This document shows, one piece after another, positions 49,905-62,890 of a stretch of DNA of 64,000 nucleotides; position 1 is the first letter of the stretch; each line of letters opens with the position of its first letter. The DNA lies in contig NC_043001.1 in NCBI RefSeq assembly GCF_006345805.1, forward strand, positions 30,876,001-30,940,000. Reading direction: 5' to 3'. Below the pieces are notes generated by a model. That model was not told where the DNA came from, did no database searches, and saw nothing but the letters and a program-made list of their open reading frames with translations. A program made the position numbers and the translations under genes. The DNA comes from Octopus sinensis (taxonomy: Eukaryota).

Positions 49905-50573
49905 ATACATCATCATCATTGTTTAACCCTTTCGTTGCCAACCCAGCTGAAACCGGCCCGGGCTCCATCATATAAATTTCTTATTTCCATAAGTTTTGAA
50001 TTAAAATCTTCCACTAAACCTTAGTCACAATTTATGTTCCTAACATTAGCTGAATGATAACTAAATTAAAATCTTCCACCAAACCTTAGTCACAATTTAT
50101 GTTCCTAACTTTAGCTGAATGATAACTAAGCTATTTTACTAAATTCTTTGTTATATTTAAAGTAATTGAAAGAAACACAGAGCATCTCAAAATAAATACA
50201 GTAACGAAAGGGTTAATGCTTTCTTTCCATACTGGCATGAGCCGAACAGTTTGACATGTAGTTATCCAGACACTGTCTGTTGTAGCATGGTTTCTATGGC
50301 TGGATGCTCTTCCTAATGCCAACCACTTAGCAAGGTGTGGTGGGTGCATTAACACAGAACCAACAGGGATGTGTTAACACAGCTCCAGCACCTGAAGGAC
50401 AAGCCTGTGTGAGAGGAAGATGCCACATCCAGTCCCTTGTCATTTGCTCAGTGATGCCCAGTGTCCGGAGATCTTTTCTCATCACTTCATCCCATGTCTT
50501 CCTGGGTCCACTCCTTCCACAGATACCCTCCACAATTAGAGCTCAGCACTTCTTTATGCAGCTGTCCGACTTT
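49905..50573 (-). mobile_element. RTE LINE 3' end (same family as 8400-9700)
   Basis: SCIKKC..VEGICGRSGPRKTWDEVMRKDLRTLG, followed by 3' UTR and (GAT)n tail. Confidence 0.85.
49923..50216. mobile_element. piggyBac-type MITE (TTAA TSD) inserted in an RTE tail, with ~62-bp internal duplication
   Basis: TTAA-CCCTTTCGTTG ... GTAACGAAAGGG-TTAA; second copy at 56920-57136. Confidence 0.85.
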
Positions 50574-50870
50574 TTCTCTGGTCCTGACGGCATCACGAAC
50601 CATGGCGGCCCATGCTTGACGGGCCTGTGCGAGGTCACTGGAGATAGTGAGCCATTCGCGGTTCCATCTGCGGACCTGAGAGTTTGGAGAGGTCCTCCTT
50701 TGTCGTCGTTGCCCGCCCGTGTGTTTGCGCCAGTTGGGAAATGGAGGTAGGAGGAGGACATCGCAAATCAGCTCACCCTCTGGACACGGGGCCGCATGAC
50801 TGAACCACCTTAAGCGCCATTCACATGCATCACATGCATCACATGCCCAAACCAGCACAGGTATTTGTAA
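50574..50870 (-). mobile_element. 3' coding end of a different RTE family
   Basis: RLRWFSHAAPCPEGELICDVLLLPPFPNWRKHTGGQR...RRWNREWLTISSDLAQARQAWAAMVRDAV. Confidence 0.75.
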
Positions 50871-51424
50871 TGGGCATGTGGTGTGAGCCCACATTATGTT
50901 GAGTTTTTTGCTTGCAATGTCACTTCGGTCTTATTTCTAAAACTCTTGACAATAGCATGAACATGACAATCGCAACTCACCTCGTTTAAATCAGATGTAT
51001 TGACTAATGAGTGTAATCAATATCATCACCATGTTAGCTATGATTAATTAAAGATTAGTTAATAAGGAAGACTAATTGAGAAACAACCCAGTGCTCCTAC
51101 TTGTTTAACATCAAATTAGCCTTGGTCAAGAAGACATACCACAAATGATAATAACATCTTTTGCAGTTCAGATATAGTACCCCAACAAGATGTGTGGAAG
51201 GAGAAGGAGAGGGACATTTGGCTGCTGTTACCAGCAGCTCATACAACCACATTATGAAGAGTCAGGAGAATATTCTGTGTTAACATATCTCCTTCGCCGA
51301 CCTATGTCATTGCCATCATACATTTATAGTCAGTAATAATTGAGTTCAGTTTTGAAGTAGAGGAAAAGTTAAAACTTAATGTTGCTGAAAGTATGTCTGT
51401 TTAGCAAAGAAAAACTGGTGGAAA

Positions 51425-51731
51425 CAACGCAAAAATACAGTCTGAGAGAGAAGAAGAAGAGAGAGAAGGGGAAAAGAGAGAGAGGAAGGTGGAGAGAGAG
51501 AGAGAGGAAGGTGGAGAGAGAGAGAGGAAGGTGGAGAGAGAGAGAGGAAGGTGGAGAGAGAGAGAGGAAGGTGGAGAGAGAGAGAAAGGTAGAGAGAGAG
51601 AGAGAGGAGAGAGAGGAAGGAGAGGAGAGAGAGAGAGAGAGAGAGAGGAAGGTGGAGAGAGAGGAGAGAGAGAGAGAGAGAGGGGAGAGAGGAGAGAGAG
51701 AGGAGAGAGAGAGGAGAGAGGAGAGAGAGAG

Positions 51732-51769
<38 letters not shown>

Positions 51770-52820
51770 GAGAGAGAGAGAGAGGAAGGTAGAGAGAGAG
51801 AGAGAGAGGAGGTAGGAGAGAGAGAGAGAGAGGAAGGAGAGGAGAGAGAGAGAGAGAGGAGGTGGAGAGAGAGAGGATGGTGGAGAGAGAGAGAGAGAGG
51901 ATGGTGGAGAGAGAGAGAGATGGTGGAGAGAGAGAGGAGGGTGGAGAGAGAGAGGATGGTGGAGGAGAGAGAGAGGAGGTGGAGGAGAGAGAGAGGAAGG
52001 TGAAGAGAGAGAGAGAGAAGGTGAAGAGAGAGAGAAGAAGGTGAAGAGAGAGAGAAGAAGGTGAAGAGAGAGAGAGGAAGGTGAAGAGAGAGAGAGAGAG
52101 GAAGGTGAAGAGAGAGAGAGAGGAAGGTGAAGAGAGAGAGAGAGGAAGGTGAAGAGAGAGAGAGAGAGGGGAAGAGAGAGAGAGAGGAGGTGAAGAGAGA
52201 GAGAGAGGAAGGTGAAGAGAGAGAGAGAGGACGGTGAAGAGAGAGAGAGAGGAAGGTGAAGAGAGAGAGAGAGGAAGGTGAAGAGAGAGAGAGAGGAAGG
52301 TGAAGAGAGAGAGAGGAAGGTGAAGAGAGAGAGAGGAAGGTGAAGAGAAAGAGGAAGGTGAAGAGAGAGAGGATGGTGAAGAGAGAGAGGAAGGTGAAGA
52401 GAGGAAGGTGAAGAGAGGAAGGTGAAGAGAGGGGGAGAAAGAGGGAAGAAGAGGGGGGAGAAGAGAAAAGGGATGAGAGAGGGAAGAGAGGGGAAGGGAA
52501 AGAGAGAAGAGAGGGGGAAGAAGAGAAAGAGAGGACAGGGGAGATGGAGGAGAGAGAGAGGGGGGACTGAGGAGAAAGAAGAGGGAGAAAAGAGAGAGAA
52601 GGGGAAGAAGAGAAGAGGGAAGAAGAGAGAGGGGGAGAAGAGAAGGGGAGAGGGGAGAGAGAAGGAGAAGAGAGAGAGAAAATGACAGACTAAAAGAGAC
52701 AGACAGCTCAGGTCACAGAGGACAGAGAGAGAGAGAGAAAGAAGAGAAAAAGAAATGAACGAGAGAGCAAGAAAGAGGGAGGAAGTGAAGGAAGGGAGAA
52801 AGAGAGAGAGCGAGAGAGAA
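51425..52820 (+). repeat. ~1.4-kb polypurine (GA)-based compound satellite
   Basis: Units GAGAGAGAGGAAGGTGGA / GAGAGAGAGGAAGGTGAA in tandem; almost no pyrimidines on +. Confidence 0.95.
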
Positions 52821-53789
52821 TGTCTTCCCACTTATGTCACCCTGGCAACTGATACATCTAAACATTACTTGTAAATCAATGAATACTTTCAGTTAGAGCA
52901 CTATTACACGAGGCTGTGAAAAGGTAGAACACATGAATGGAAGACCAGAAGATATCACTTGGACATGTTGACTGTTATAGATTAGCAACATTGCACAGAA
53001 GGTGTTGGGCAAAATAAAACAAATGGAAGAAAAGTACCTCTACTTAGAACCAAGTCAAAATACAATGTGAAGGTAAGTAGTAGTAATTATTTTTATATAT
53101 ATATTCTTTAGATGTTTTTAATATCATAAAAAAAATTTATGTGCTTACCAATAATTAAGGTGCCAATGCATGATGGAATGGGTGGGCAGGGATCAAATAA
53201 AATGATCACAGGGAGCTTCTAGTTGGTTACTTGCGATAAATAACCAAATTTCATTCAATCACATAAGACTTTAAAAAGAAAATAAAAAGAGAAGGGTACT
53301 TTGGATAATGTAGTCTCACCCCAATCTAAAGAAAAAAGTCATGGCTAAAAGGATGATCATAGGTATACTTGAATAGAGATGACCTGGGGTTAAACAACAA
53401 AACAAACCATAAAGTAAGAAGTAGTGAACTTCATAAGAATATATGTATCTGTATCTTTTACTTGCTTTAGTCATTGGACTGCAGCCATGCTAAGCATCAC
53501 CTTAAATGATTTTAGCTGAATTAATTGATCCGAATACTTTTCAAGTTTGGTACTTTTTTTTTTAACTGCTAAGTTATTGGAATGTAAGTAAACAAACCAA
53601 CAATGGTTAATTAGTGGTGGTGGTGGGTACAAACACACATTCATGTATTTGATGGACTTCTACACAGATTCTGTTACCAAATTCACATACAAGGAATTCG
53701 TCATTTTGGGGCTATTATAGAAAACACTAGCCCAAAGTGCTGTGCACCTGAAACCGTGTGGTTACAAAATGAGATAATCATACAACCAA

Positions 53790-55690
53790 CATTTAGATCA
53801 GCTTCATCGTGCTTCTATGGGTTGGATGGGTCCTTTCTTACACAGCATCTAATCATATGTTGCATTACTTTGACACCATTTTGAGGTACAACATCCTGGG
53901 ATGAGCGCTCATCATTTAGGTCTTTTGAAGGTTTCCTCTTTCAGTTTTCCTCAAACATCTTTATGCACCTAACTTCGTATTTATCACATATCAATATAAT
54001 TGTCTCTTGTACACTATACGTGATCCCCCCTTTATTTCCAATTTTCCTCTCAGCTCATCTGTTCCACATTGCTCACGCACAATAACATTACACATGCAGC
54101 AGAGCGTAATTGCTTAATTTCCATCCAGCCATCACACTGTGTACACGAATAATGTAGTCTACCCTTTGCTTGAAGAGATATTCCTCTTGTTGCTAGCAAA
54201 GGTAATACCTCTTTGAAACTTTTTAATCCTTTAGCATTTAAACCAGATCATGTAAAAAGCACCCACTACACTCACGGAGTGGTTGGCATTAGGAAGGGCA
54301 TCTAGCTGTAGAAACACTGCCAGATCAGACTGGAGCCTGGTGCAGCCGTCTGGCTTCCCAGATCCCCGGTCGAACTGTCCAACCCATGCTAGCATGGAGA
54401 ACGGATGTTAAACGATGATGATGATGATATCCTGTCCAAATTTTTTTACCTGTTTTATATTCAAACTGTCCAAAACCTCTCACCCCTACATAAGATTGTC
54501 ATTGTAAAAAATATATAATAAGGACAAAGTGGTGAGAAAGGATCTAAGGAGATAACAGAGGGCTGAGACCCCTGGCAGTTTGCTGTGCTTGAAAAGACAC
54601 ATCAAGCTAAATAAAAGTGTAGCTGCCCTTGTATTGAGGCTCATTCCCTGCAAGCTGAGCATCCCTAAACTTATGGGTTCGTAAGTGGTGGTGCCACATA
54701 AAAAGCACTAGCACCAGTGCTGTGTAAAAGCACCCACTACACCCTGTAAAATGGTTGGCATTAAAATGGGCAACCAGCCACAGAAATTATACTAAAACAG
54801 ACATGGAGCTTGAACAGCTTTTCAGCTGATCAGCTCCTGTCAAACCATCAAGCCCAGGTCATCAAGGAAACTGTTCGTTAAATGATGATGATGATGTCAT
54901 TGAAATCGCTAAGCAACAAGATAATGCATGATTAATTCAAATCAATATGAATAAATAAACATTACATTTGACAAAATAATGTGAATGCTAGAGGATTTAA
55001 ATCCTGTTCTTATTCTGGTTATGGGTACCCTGCTCCTCAAGTGATTAGATCACCTTGGTAACAAAAGCTTTCTTCCAAGGAGCACCAGTACCTTCAATTC
55101 TAAGTGTTGTTTTCATGTCTAACTAAGTTTTCCATAAACTCTGCTTTAACCCTTTAGTGTTCAGATTACTCTGTTAAATGTAATACTTTTTCACTCAAAT
55201 TGTTTCGGATTAATCCTGGATTATCTTACAGCTTTGAGGTTTCAATGATGTGATTGTTTATTTTTAGAATGGCATTGTAGGTTAGGTGTGAGAGGTTAGA
55301 TATCGCCAGTTTGAATATAAAACATGTAGAATATATTGGGCTGGATTTGGCCAGTTTAAACACTAAAGGGTTAACTAGGTTGTCAGCATATTAAAATTTC
55401 CCTAGGTGGTATATCTTGGAGAACTGTAAAAGGGGACTGATGATTAAACCTTGATGAATAATTGCACTTTTGTATGTGGCTTGCGATGCTATATTAAAGT
55501 ATCCATCTACTTCTAGTTTTCTCAAAGAACACCCAAACTAGAGATTTTGATACTTTTTCAAAGGCATTCTCCAGATCAACAAATGCTAGGAACAGAGGCT
55601 TACACTAAGCTAAAAACTTCTCTTACAGTTATTCCACTATGAAACAAACATCAGCAATAATCCAACCTAATAAAAACTGGAATTGCATCT
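53790..55690 (-). mobile_element. Old, heavily decayed RTE LINE (RT to C-terminus) with nested MITEs and RTE tails
   Basis: KPLFLAFVDLEKAFEKV at ~55540-55600; C-terminal remnants at 53800-54230; many stops. Confidence 0.7.
55146..55374. mobile_element. piggyBac-type MITE, second family (TTAA TSD)
   Basis: TTAA-CCCTTTAGTGTT ... AACACTAAAGGG-TTAA; fragments also at ~10207, 16518, 37040, 40440, 54225 and 57247. Confidence 0.85.
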
Positions 55691-56919
55691 CATCTAAGCT
55701 TATTCTCTGCCAAATCAATTGAGCTTAAACTCTTTCTGTTACTAGCAGTACCCATGGAAATTCCAATTACTTTGAAAACTATAAAATTGTTGGAAGTTTA
55801 CAGAAAATCATTAAATATAGAATTTCTTTTGAAATGATATTTTTCTAAAGTATTTGATTCTTAGCTTTACGTGCAGTTGTAAAAGTCAACAGACAGTACT
55901 GAAGCAATCAGGAAAGAAAATTTAAAGTAAATACTTTAATTTTAATAAAGGAATGACATTTTAACTGCCAAATGTGCCACTGGTGGGTCATTGCCCACTG
56001 CACACAACTACCATATGTGCCGCTGGCAGTACATTTTTATAATCTGAGAAAATATTTCATCCTGTATCTTTGACATGGTTTCAAAGATATTTAGATAATT
56101 ATGGGATATTGTGAAAATGAAAAAAAAATTACATTTCCTTGCAATTGAACAGGATCACATGAAATATGTGGTATCACTGGTGAGTTCTAGTACCAGACCA
56201 TGGTGGTTAACATGTCAATATCAGTGTACTACAGTATGACTCCATTAGTAATTCTTTAGCAAACCTTAGTATACTGTTATATATCCTTATTTTCATACCA
56301 GAGGATAGTACATATGGTATGACATCAAGCCACACACCCAGTGAGTGACATACAATGATTGTCCAAGTGATTATGGATTCTAACATTAAAAAAATATCAG
56401 TAACATAATACACAATTCAAGACATTTCATTTCCAAGTCTTATGAATAATATAGTATAAGTGTTGTGTATCAAATAGATTAGGAGTTGGATTTCATCTCA
56501 TAGTTTATGGGATACAATGGATGAGTATACATATCATTGTTTAAATGTCCATTTTCCATATTTGCATGGGTCAAGCAAAAAGGTATTGAGACAGATTTTT
56601 CTATGGCCAGATGCATTTTCTGTTGCCAGCTCACACTTGTTTTCAATTAAAGTAATATTCCATCTCATCCTTCAATGTACAGCTTAACATCCAGACACAA
56701 TTTCATGAAGGATTGTGGACAAACAACATTATTTGTGTAACAGTGACTGTTGTTTTCAATTGACACATGTCAAGACATAGTAAACACTCACCCACACATA
56801 CAAGCATGCATGTGCTGCTTCTAGTTTCCATCTAGAAAATTTTATTCACAAGGGATTAGTCTGCCCTAAACTATAGTAGAAGACATCAGCTGATAATGCC
56901 CACTCAATGGGAATGAATT

Positions 56920-57136
56920 TTAACCCTTTCGTTTCAACCCGGCTCTGGCTCTGAGTACAAATGTCTTGTTTTCATAAGTGTTGAATTAAACTCTTCCACT
57001 AGAACTTAGTTACAATTTATGTTCCTAATACTAGCTGAATGACAACTAAGTTATTTTACTAAATTCTTTGTTATATTTAAAGTAATTGAAAGAAATGCAG
57101 AGCATCTCAACAGAAATACAATAATGAAAGTGTTAA
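56920..57136. mobile_element. piggyBac-type MITE (family of 49923-50216)
   Basis: TTAA-CCCTTTCGTT ... ATGAAAGTG-TTAA. Confidence 0.8.
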
Positions 57137-57349
57137 ACAAAGTGGGGCATCAAAGCAAATTTTTAACCACATGGTCATCCCTGTGCTATGTATATCTATC
57201 CATCTATCTATATATACTGGTTTTAGTCATGCTAGAGTATCAACTTTAGCCCTTTAGCATTCAGATTACTCTGTCAATGTAATGCTTATTTATTTGTATT
57301 GTTTTCAATTAATCCAGCATTATCATGTGGCTTTGGGATTTTAATGATG

Positions 57350-57740
57350 TCATCATCATCATCGTTTAACGTCTGCTTTCCATGCTAGCATGGGTTCGAC
57401 GATTTCATTGAGGTCTGGCGAACCAGATAGCTGCACCAGGCTCTAATCTGATCTGGCAGAATTTCTACAGCTGGATGCCCTTGCTAACGCCAACCACTCC
57501 GAGAGTGTAGTGGATGCTTTTACGTGTCACTGGCACGAGAGCCAGTCAGGCCATGCTCAAATGGTGCTTTTTATGAGTCACCTGCACAGGAGCCAGTCCA
57601 GTAGCACTGGCAACAACCTCACTTGAATGTTTTATTCACGTGCCACATGCACAAGTGCCAGTAAGGGGACGCAGGTAACAATCACGCTTGGATGGTGCTT
57701 TTTATGTGCCACCGGCATGGAAGTCAGTTTGTTGCTCTGA
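57350..57740 (-). mobile_element. RTE 3'-UTR-derived short element nested in a piggyBac-type MITE
   Basis: CATCATCATCGTTTAACGTCTGCTTTCCATGCTAGCATGGG start on +. Confidence 0.8.
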
Positions 57741-58999
57741 TTGTTTATTTTCAGAATAACATTGTAGGGTAGGTGTAAGAGGATGGATATAGTCAGTTTG
57801 AACATAAAACAAGTAAAATATTTAGGTCAAATATGGCCTGTTTAAATGCTAGAAGGTTAACTGGTTTCAGTCATGCTGGAGCACCACCTTTTAAGGATTT
57901 CATTAATCATATTTTCTTGAATATTTAATCCAATGGTCACCACTTTTAGTAATCTGTAAGTGTGTCTGGTAGTTGAGTGTGTGACGCTTGGCTAAATTAA
58001 ATCTTCTTCCTGTATGGATGGTTGGTTGGTCCAAAACGAAAGAACATGGAGGCGATGGCAGCGCTAGTTGTGTGTGTGAGAATACCTCCAAGAGGTCCAC
58101 ATTGTTCAGTCCACTGGATCATCAAAAGAACTTGCTGAGCAGCCAGCGTTGACATGAATGAAAGAAATACGTGCTGAGAGAGTTCTACAGTGAAGGAAGG
58201 AAAACTCTCCAGTGAGAAATGGTGACTGTCATGCTTTATACAAACGCCAAACCAGAAGCAGAAGGAAACGTTCCATTCTAACCAATCAGAGAGAGCGACA
58301 CAAAAGGTGCAACCACACAAAGTCGACTGAGCCAACTTTGAAATGGAGAAATGTATATTTGCATGTAAGCCAATATCAAACACAGAGCTGCTACAAATAC
58401 TTATTCTAGTCCGAAGAGTATTTAGTTTTCTTGCTGACAAAAATGGATACAACTCAACACCTGTTTACTCCACTAAACAATCACAGACATACATATACAT
58501 GACAGGCTTCTGTACAGTTGCCATTCAACTATTTCCACACCCATGCCATTAGTCAATCAGCTGTTACAGTACAAGACACTTATCCAAGGTACTTGCAAAG
58601 GTATCGCACTCAGGACCACAGGGCTGCAAAGCACATTACATAACTTCACAGTTAAGTAACATCACCTTACACCTTTACCCTCCCCCCACTTCTAAAAGGT
58701 GAGAAATCATGTATCTTCTCTATGGTAAGAAACCTGTTCTGTTCTAGCCATTTACTTCTCTCAGCATATAGTCCCCTCCCCTTAAGGCTTGCACTCTTGC
58801 AAGATGCAAAGCAACCTCTCTGTATTGATAGTATGAAAAAAAGCACCCCACAGATGGTCTAAAGTTGCTGGCATTAGCAAGGGAAGCCAGACCAAAGCCG
58901 ACACTGGAGTATGATGCAGTCCTTGAGTCCATTGGATCCTGTCAGATTGGGTAATTGATGTTAAATGATGACTTCTACACGTGTGTATTTGTGCAAATG

Positions 59000-59032
<33 letters not shown>

Positions 59033-59479
59033 TTAAGAGTTTTTAAATGCTTAAAAACAAATAAGCCAGCCAGTGAAACTTTGAAGTTAGTCATTAAAAT
59101 ATATGTAAGTTATTATCAAAGCAAATAATTTTCTTTATGAAGAAAGTGACATCGATTTTAACATACTGATATTTTTGACCAATAGGCTCTTAGACATGAC
59201 AATATATATATCAGACAGCTAGGTGTAATTCTTTAGCTCACCAACTTCTGTCAAACCATCCAACAATCCATGCCAGCATGGAAAACACATTAAATGGTCA
59301 TGATATACATATATATAAAAGTGTGTGTTTACACATGTACATACATACATCTCTGCATGTGGTGTAGTTTGAATTTATAACTAAACAGTTAGTGGGCCAA
59401 GGACCTAGATCTCACAGTCATTGGAAACATGCTTTCACACCATAGGAAAAAAATGCAGTGAAAACATTTAACCATTTTT

Positions 59480-59820
59480 TAATTCTTTTACTTGTTTCAG
59501 TCATTTGACTGCAGCCATGCTGGAGCACAGCCTTTAGTTGAACAAATAGAACCCAAGACTTATTCATTGTAAGCCTAGCAATTATTCTATCAGCCCCTTT
59601 TGCTGAACTGCTAAGTTATGGGGGACAAACACACCAACATCAGTTGTCAAGTGATGGTGAGGTGGGTGGACAATACAGACACAATACGGGCTTCTTTCAG
59701 TTTCCGTCTACCAGATTCACTCATAAACTATAGTAGAAAACACTTGCCCAAGGCACCATGCAGCAGGACTGAATCCAGAACCATATGGTTGGGAAGCAAG
59801 CTTCTTACCAGTCATGCCTA
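59480..59820 (-). mobile_element. SINE family A
   Basis: Homology to the other copies. Confidence 0.82.
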
Positions 59821-59864
59821 GAAAAATTATATGAAGAATATGCTTCATATATGAAGAATATACT

Positions 59865-60115
59865 CTTGAGCAAGACACTTTATTTCACGTTGCTCCAGTT
59901 CACTCAGCTGTAGAAACGAGTTGCGATGTCACAGATGCCAAGCTGTATCGGCCCTTGCCTTTCCCTTGGACAACATCGGTGACGTGGAGAGGGGAGGCCG
60001 GTATGCATGGGCGACTGCTGGTCTTCCATAAAACAACCTTGCCCAGACTTGTGCCTCAGATGGTAACTCTTTAGGTGCAAACCCATGGTCAGTGTCTGAC
60101 CGAAGGGGGTCACCT
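59865..60115 (+). mobile_element. SINE family B, 5'-truncated
   Basis: CTTGAGCAAGACACTTTATTTCACGTTGCTCCAG...GACCGAAGGGGGTC. Confidence 0.85.
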
Positions 60116-62159
60116 CACCTCACTCATAGCCACATTCACCACTGCTTAAGGAAGAATATAACTAATGATACAAAGCTTTTGAAAGGCATTTCAGTTTGTG
60201 ACCTTCCAGTATTTCAACCTTAAAACTTGTGCTTCTCAAAAATCATATATTTGTCCATTGGTAGTTAACAAAGGCCATAACTTCAGATATATGGTACTTC
60301 AGCAAAGAGAAGAGTTGTGCAGAAGACCAGCTAATCATAACTGCTCCCACCTATACATCTTCTGTGTGCATTTAAAAGTGTGGAAGCTATAGAAATGGGG
60401 CTATTTCATTATTACAAATGTGTCTGATACCCCAGCTACCACAGTGAAAAGGTTTACTGCCTGTGGTTCCAAGAAGCTCCTGTCATTTGAGACAAAAATC
60501 ATGATCTAGGTTTAAGTAGGAGAAATTTATGCATTACTTGTTCTGGATTGTCTAGATCCAGTATCAAGATATTGGCTAAGATAGTTGGAGATGAGACTTG
60601 ATGCAGGAGTCTGATAGAAATTTGGCAGAAATTGCTCAAAGGGCTTCACTCCAATTTTTCTGTCAGACTAGTTTCCTTTAGCCTTGTTCTATCCCTAGCA
60701 CTCAAGACAGTGAAACTATTTGACCCATAGCTGAATGTTTGACAGTAATAATCATGTGCCAAACTTGTTTGCAAGATATAGGGGAGGGAGCCAATATATA
60801 CATAAACAAGTTGCATGAGCGACTTCAACAGTGACACACACATACACACAAATGAAAGGCAATGAATGAATGTGTGTGTATGTGTGTGCTCACTGACAAA
60901 ACAGTGTGTTGTATCACTTTTGTGAAGTTTTGTCAGTGACCAGGCTGACAAATATTTTGACATAAATGAAATCTTAATATTGAAATGAAACTGGTAATAC
61001 TTATATACAGGTGTTACGTACAAAACATTTTAAATGTATGCTGTGTGGACATGTAATGACACCCTAGCCCTAACCCTCCCCTTCATATCGTTACGTAGAT
61101 GCATCGGGATCTCTGTATTTAAGTAGTGCCATGAAACTAACAGTTTTTGTGTATTCTTGAATGGCTTACAAACATCTATGCTGCAATTGTTTTTGTTTCG
61201 GCACACAATCTCAGATTAAGTCACTTGCTATGCAAGTACATCTCCGTAATTTTTAAAAATCACTGTGGATAAATACTAGCAATGACCTTCTCAGGCTCTC
61301 CAGAAACAATTAGGAGCAGGGAGTGGGGTTGCAAAAAATTCATAATTTCTCAAATATTCATTTTTATAGCATATAAATGTATTTATTAGGGGAAAATATT
61401 GAAAAACATCAATACTTGCGAGCGTGATAAAGAAACAAGGAGGGTTGTCTTTGGATGTGATAGAAACAACAGCCAAATCACCCTTAAATCACTTTTCCTT
61501 CTGAAAATATTAATTTTTTTTACCAAAAATGCTTTTCCCTTGCTTTTGAAATGCAAAAAAAAGAAAAAAAAAGCCAAAATAGGTCCGGAGTGGGATGATG
61601 AGGGAGGGGGTGTAAAAAGAAAGAGTTCAAAATTTTTTCATACAAAGATGCCCCCCACCCACTCCATCATCTCAAAGGTTGCGGCTTAAAAAACAAACAA
61701 AAAAAAAAGACAAAAAGGAATTCCCGAAAAAATTTTTCTTACAAATTTTTTTATAATCATAATCTATGCTGTTTGAAGGGATTTGTATGAATTTTCATTG
61801 AAAGATACCCATTTTCCTGAAAGTTAGGAGGGAAAAAAAGTCAGATCATGTGAAACTCCTCTCTCCACTCCATTGGAAAAATTTGTTCCCATAAATCCTT
61901 ATATACTCTGAAGCCATAACATCTAAGCGGAATTTGTAGAAAACTTTGTTAAAACAGTATCCATTTTTCTGGATGTTATTTCATTCATTGTTTGCAATGT
62001 TCACTCTCCCCTTCTCTCTCTCTCACACACACTGCAAAGCTTACAGAGAGGCTGCTGAATTGAAATCTCTGTGTTGCTTTGAGGGGAAGGTAAAACTTGA
62101 CAAACTGCTTCTCCCTCTGTTGTTGGACTACCATGATGTTTGTTTAAAAAGAGAGATTA

Positions 62160-62420
62160 TAACTCATCATCATCATCATTTAACGTCCACTTTCCGTGCT
62201 GGCATGGGTTGGACGGTTTGACTGAGGGCTGGCAAGCCAGAAGGCTGTACCAGGCTCCAATCCGATATGGCAAAGTTTCTACAGCCGAATGTCCTTCCTA
62301 ACACCAATCATTCTGAGAGTGTGATGGGTGCTTTTTACATGCCACTGGCATCGACCACGCTTGAATGGTGCTTTTTATGTACCACCGGCATGGGACCGTC
62401 AGGCAGCACTGGCAATGAAA
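62160..62420 (-). mobile_element. RTE 3'-UTR-derived short element
   Basis: CATCATCATCATCATTTAACGTCCACTTTCCGTGCTGGCATGGG. Confidence 0.8.
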
Positions 62421-62848
62421 GCAATATTTACTAAGCAAGTGAGCACTATTACACAAAGAAATAATTAGATGTAAACTATAAAAATTATTAGAATTGGGAA
62501 TCAAATGTGAAAATACTATCACGGGGTTAGCAGAAAACCGTCTGGAGGGCAGCCGTTCTTCCAGTATATATAAAACAGTCAGTAGCTCATGTATCCAAAA
62601 AGAAGCTAGAACTGTAATACTTCGGTTGTTTGTTATGGCTGGTCAGAGATTGACCATTGGTTTCACACCTACAAAACTCTGAACTGTTTAATTGGATGAA
62701 CCTTGCCATTCCTTCCACCAGTTGTAGAGAGGTTATGTATCTCCAGCCAATAAGTCTGACAAGCTACTATACAGTTAAGCACTTTGTATGTGCAAAGCTG
62801 ATGATTACTCTCTGACTGGCAATAACAAACAACCTTCTAAGTATATAT

Positions 62849-62890
<42 letters not shown>

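Noticed and set aside
51379-52831. 476-aa L/S/P/F ORF and R/E-rich ORFs
   Set aside because: Pure consequence of the GA satellite; no splice signals or domain.
61276-61930. Possible further Helitron (ACTAGCAATGACC start)
   Set aside because: No clear hairpin or TC terminus found, so the boundaries are unsupported.
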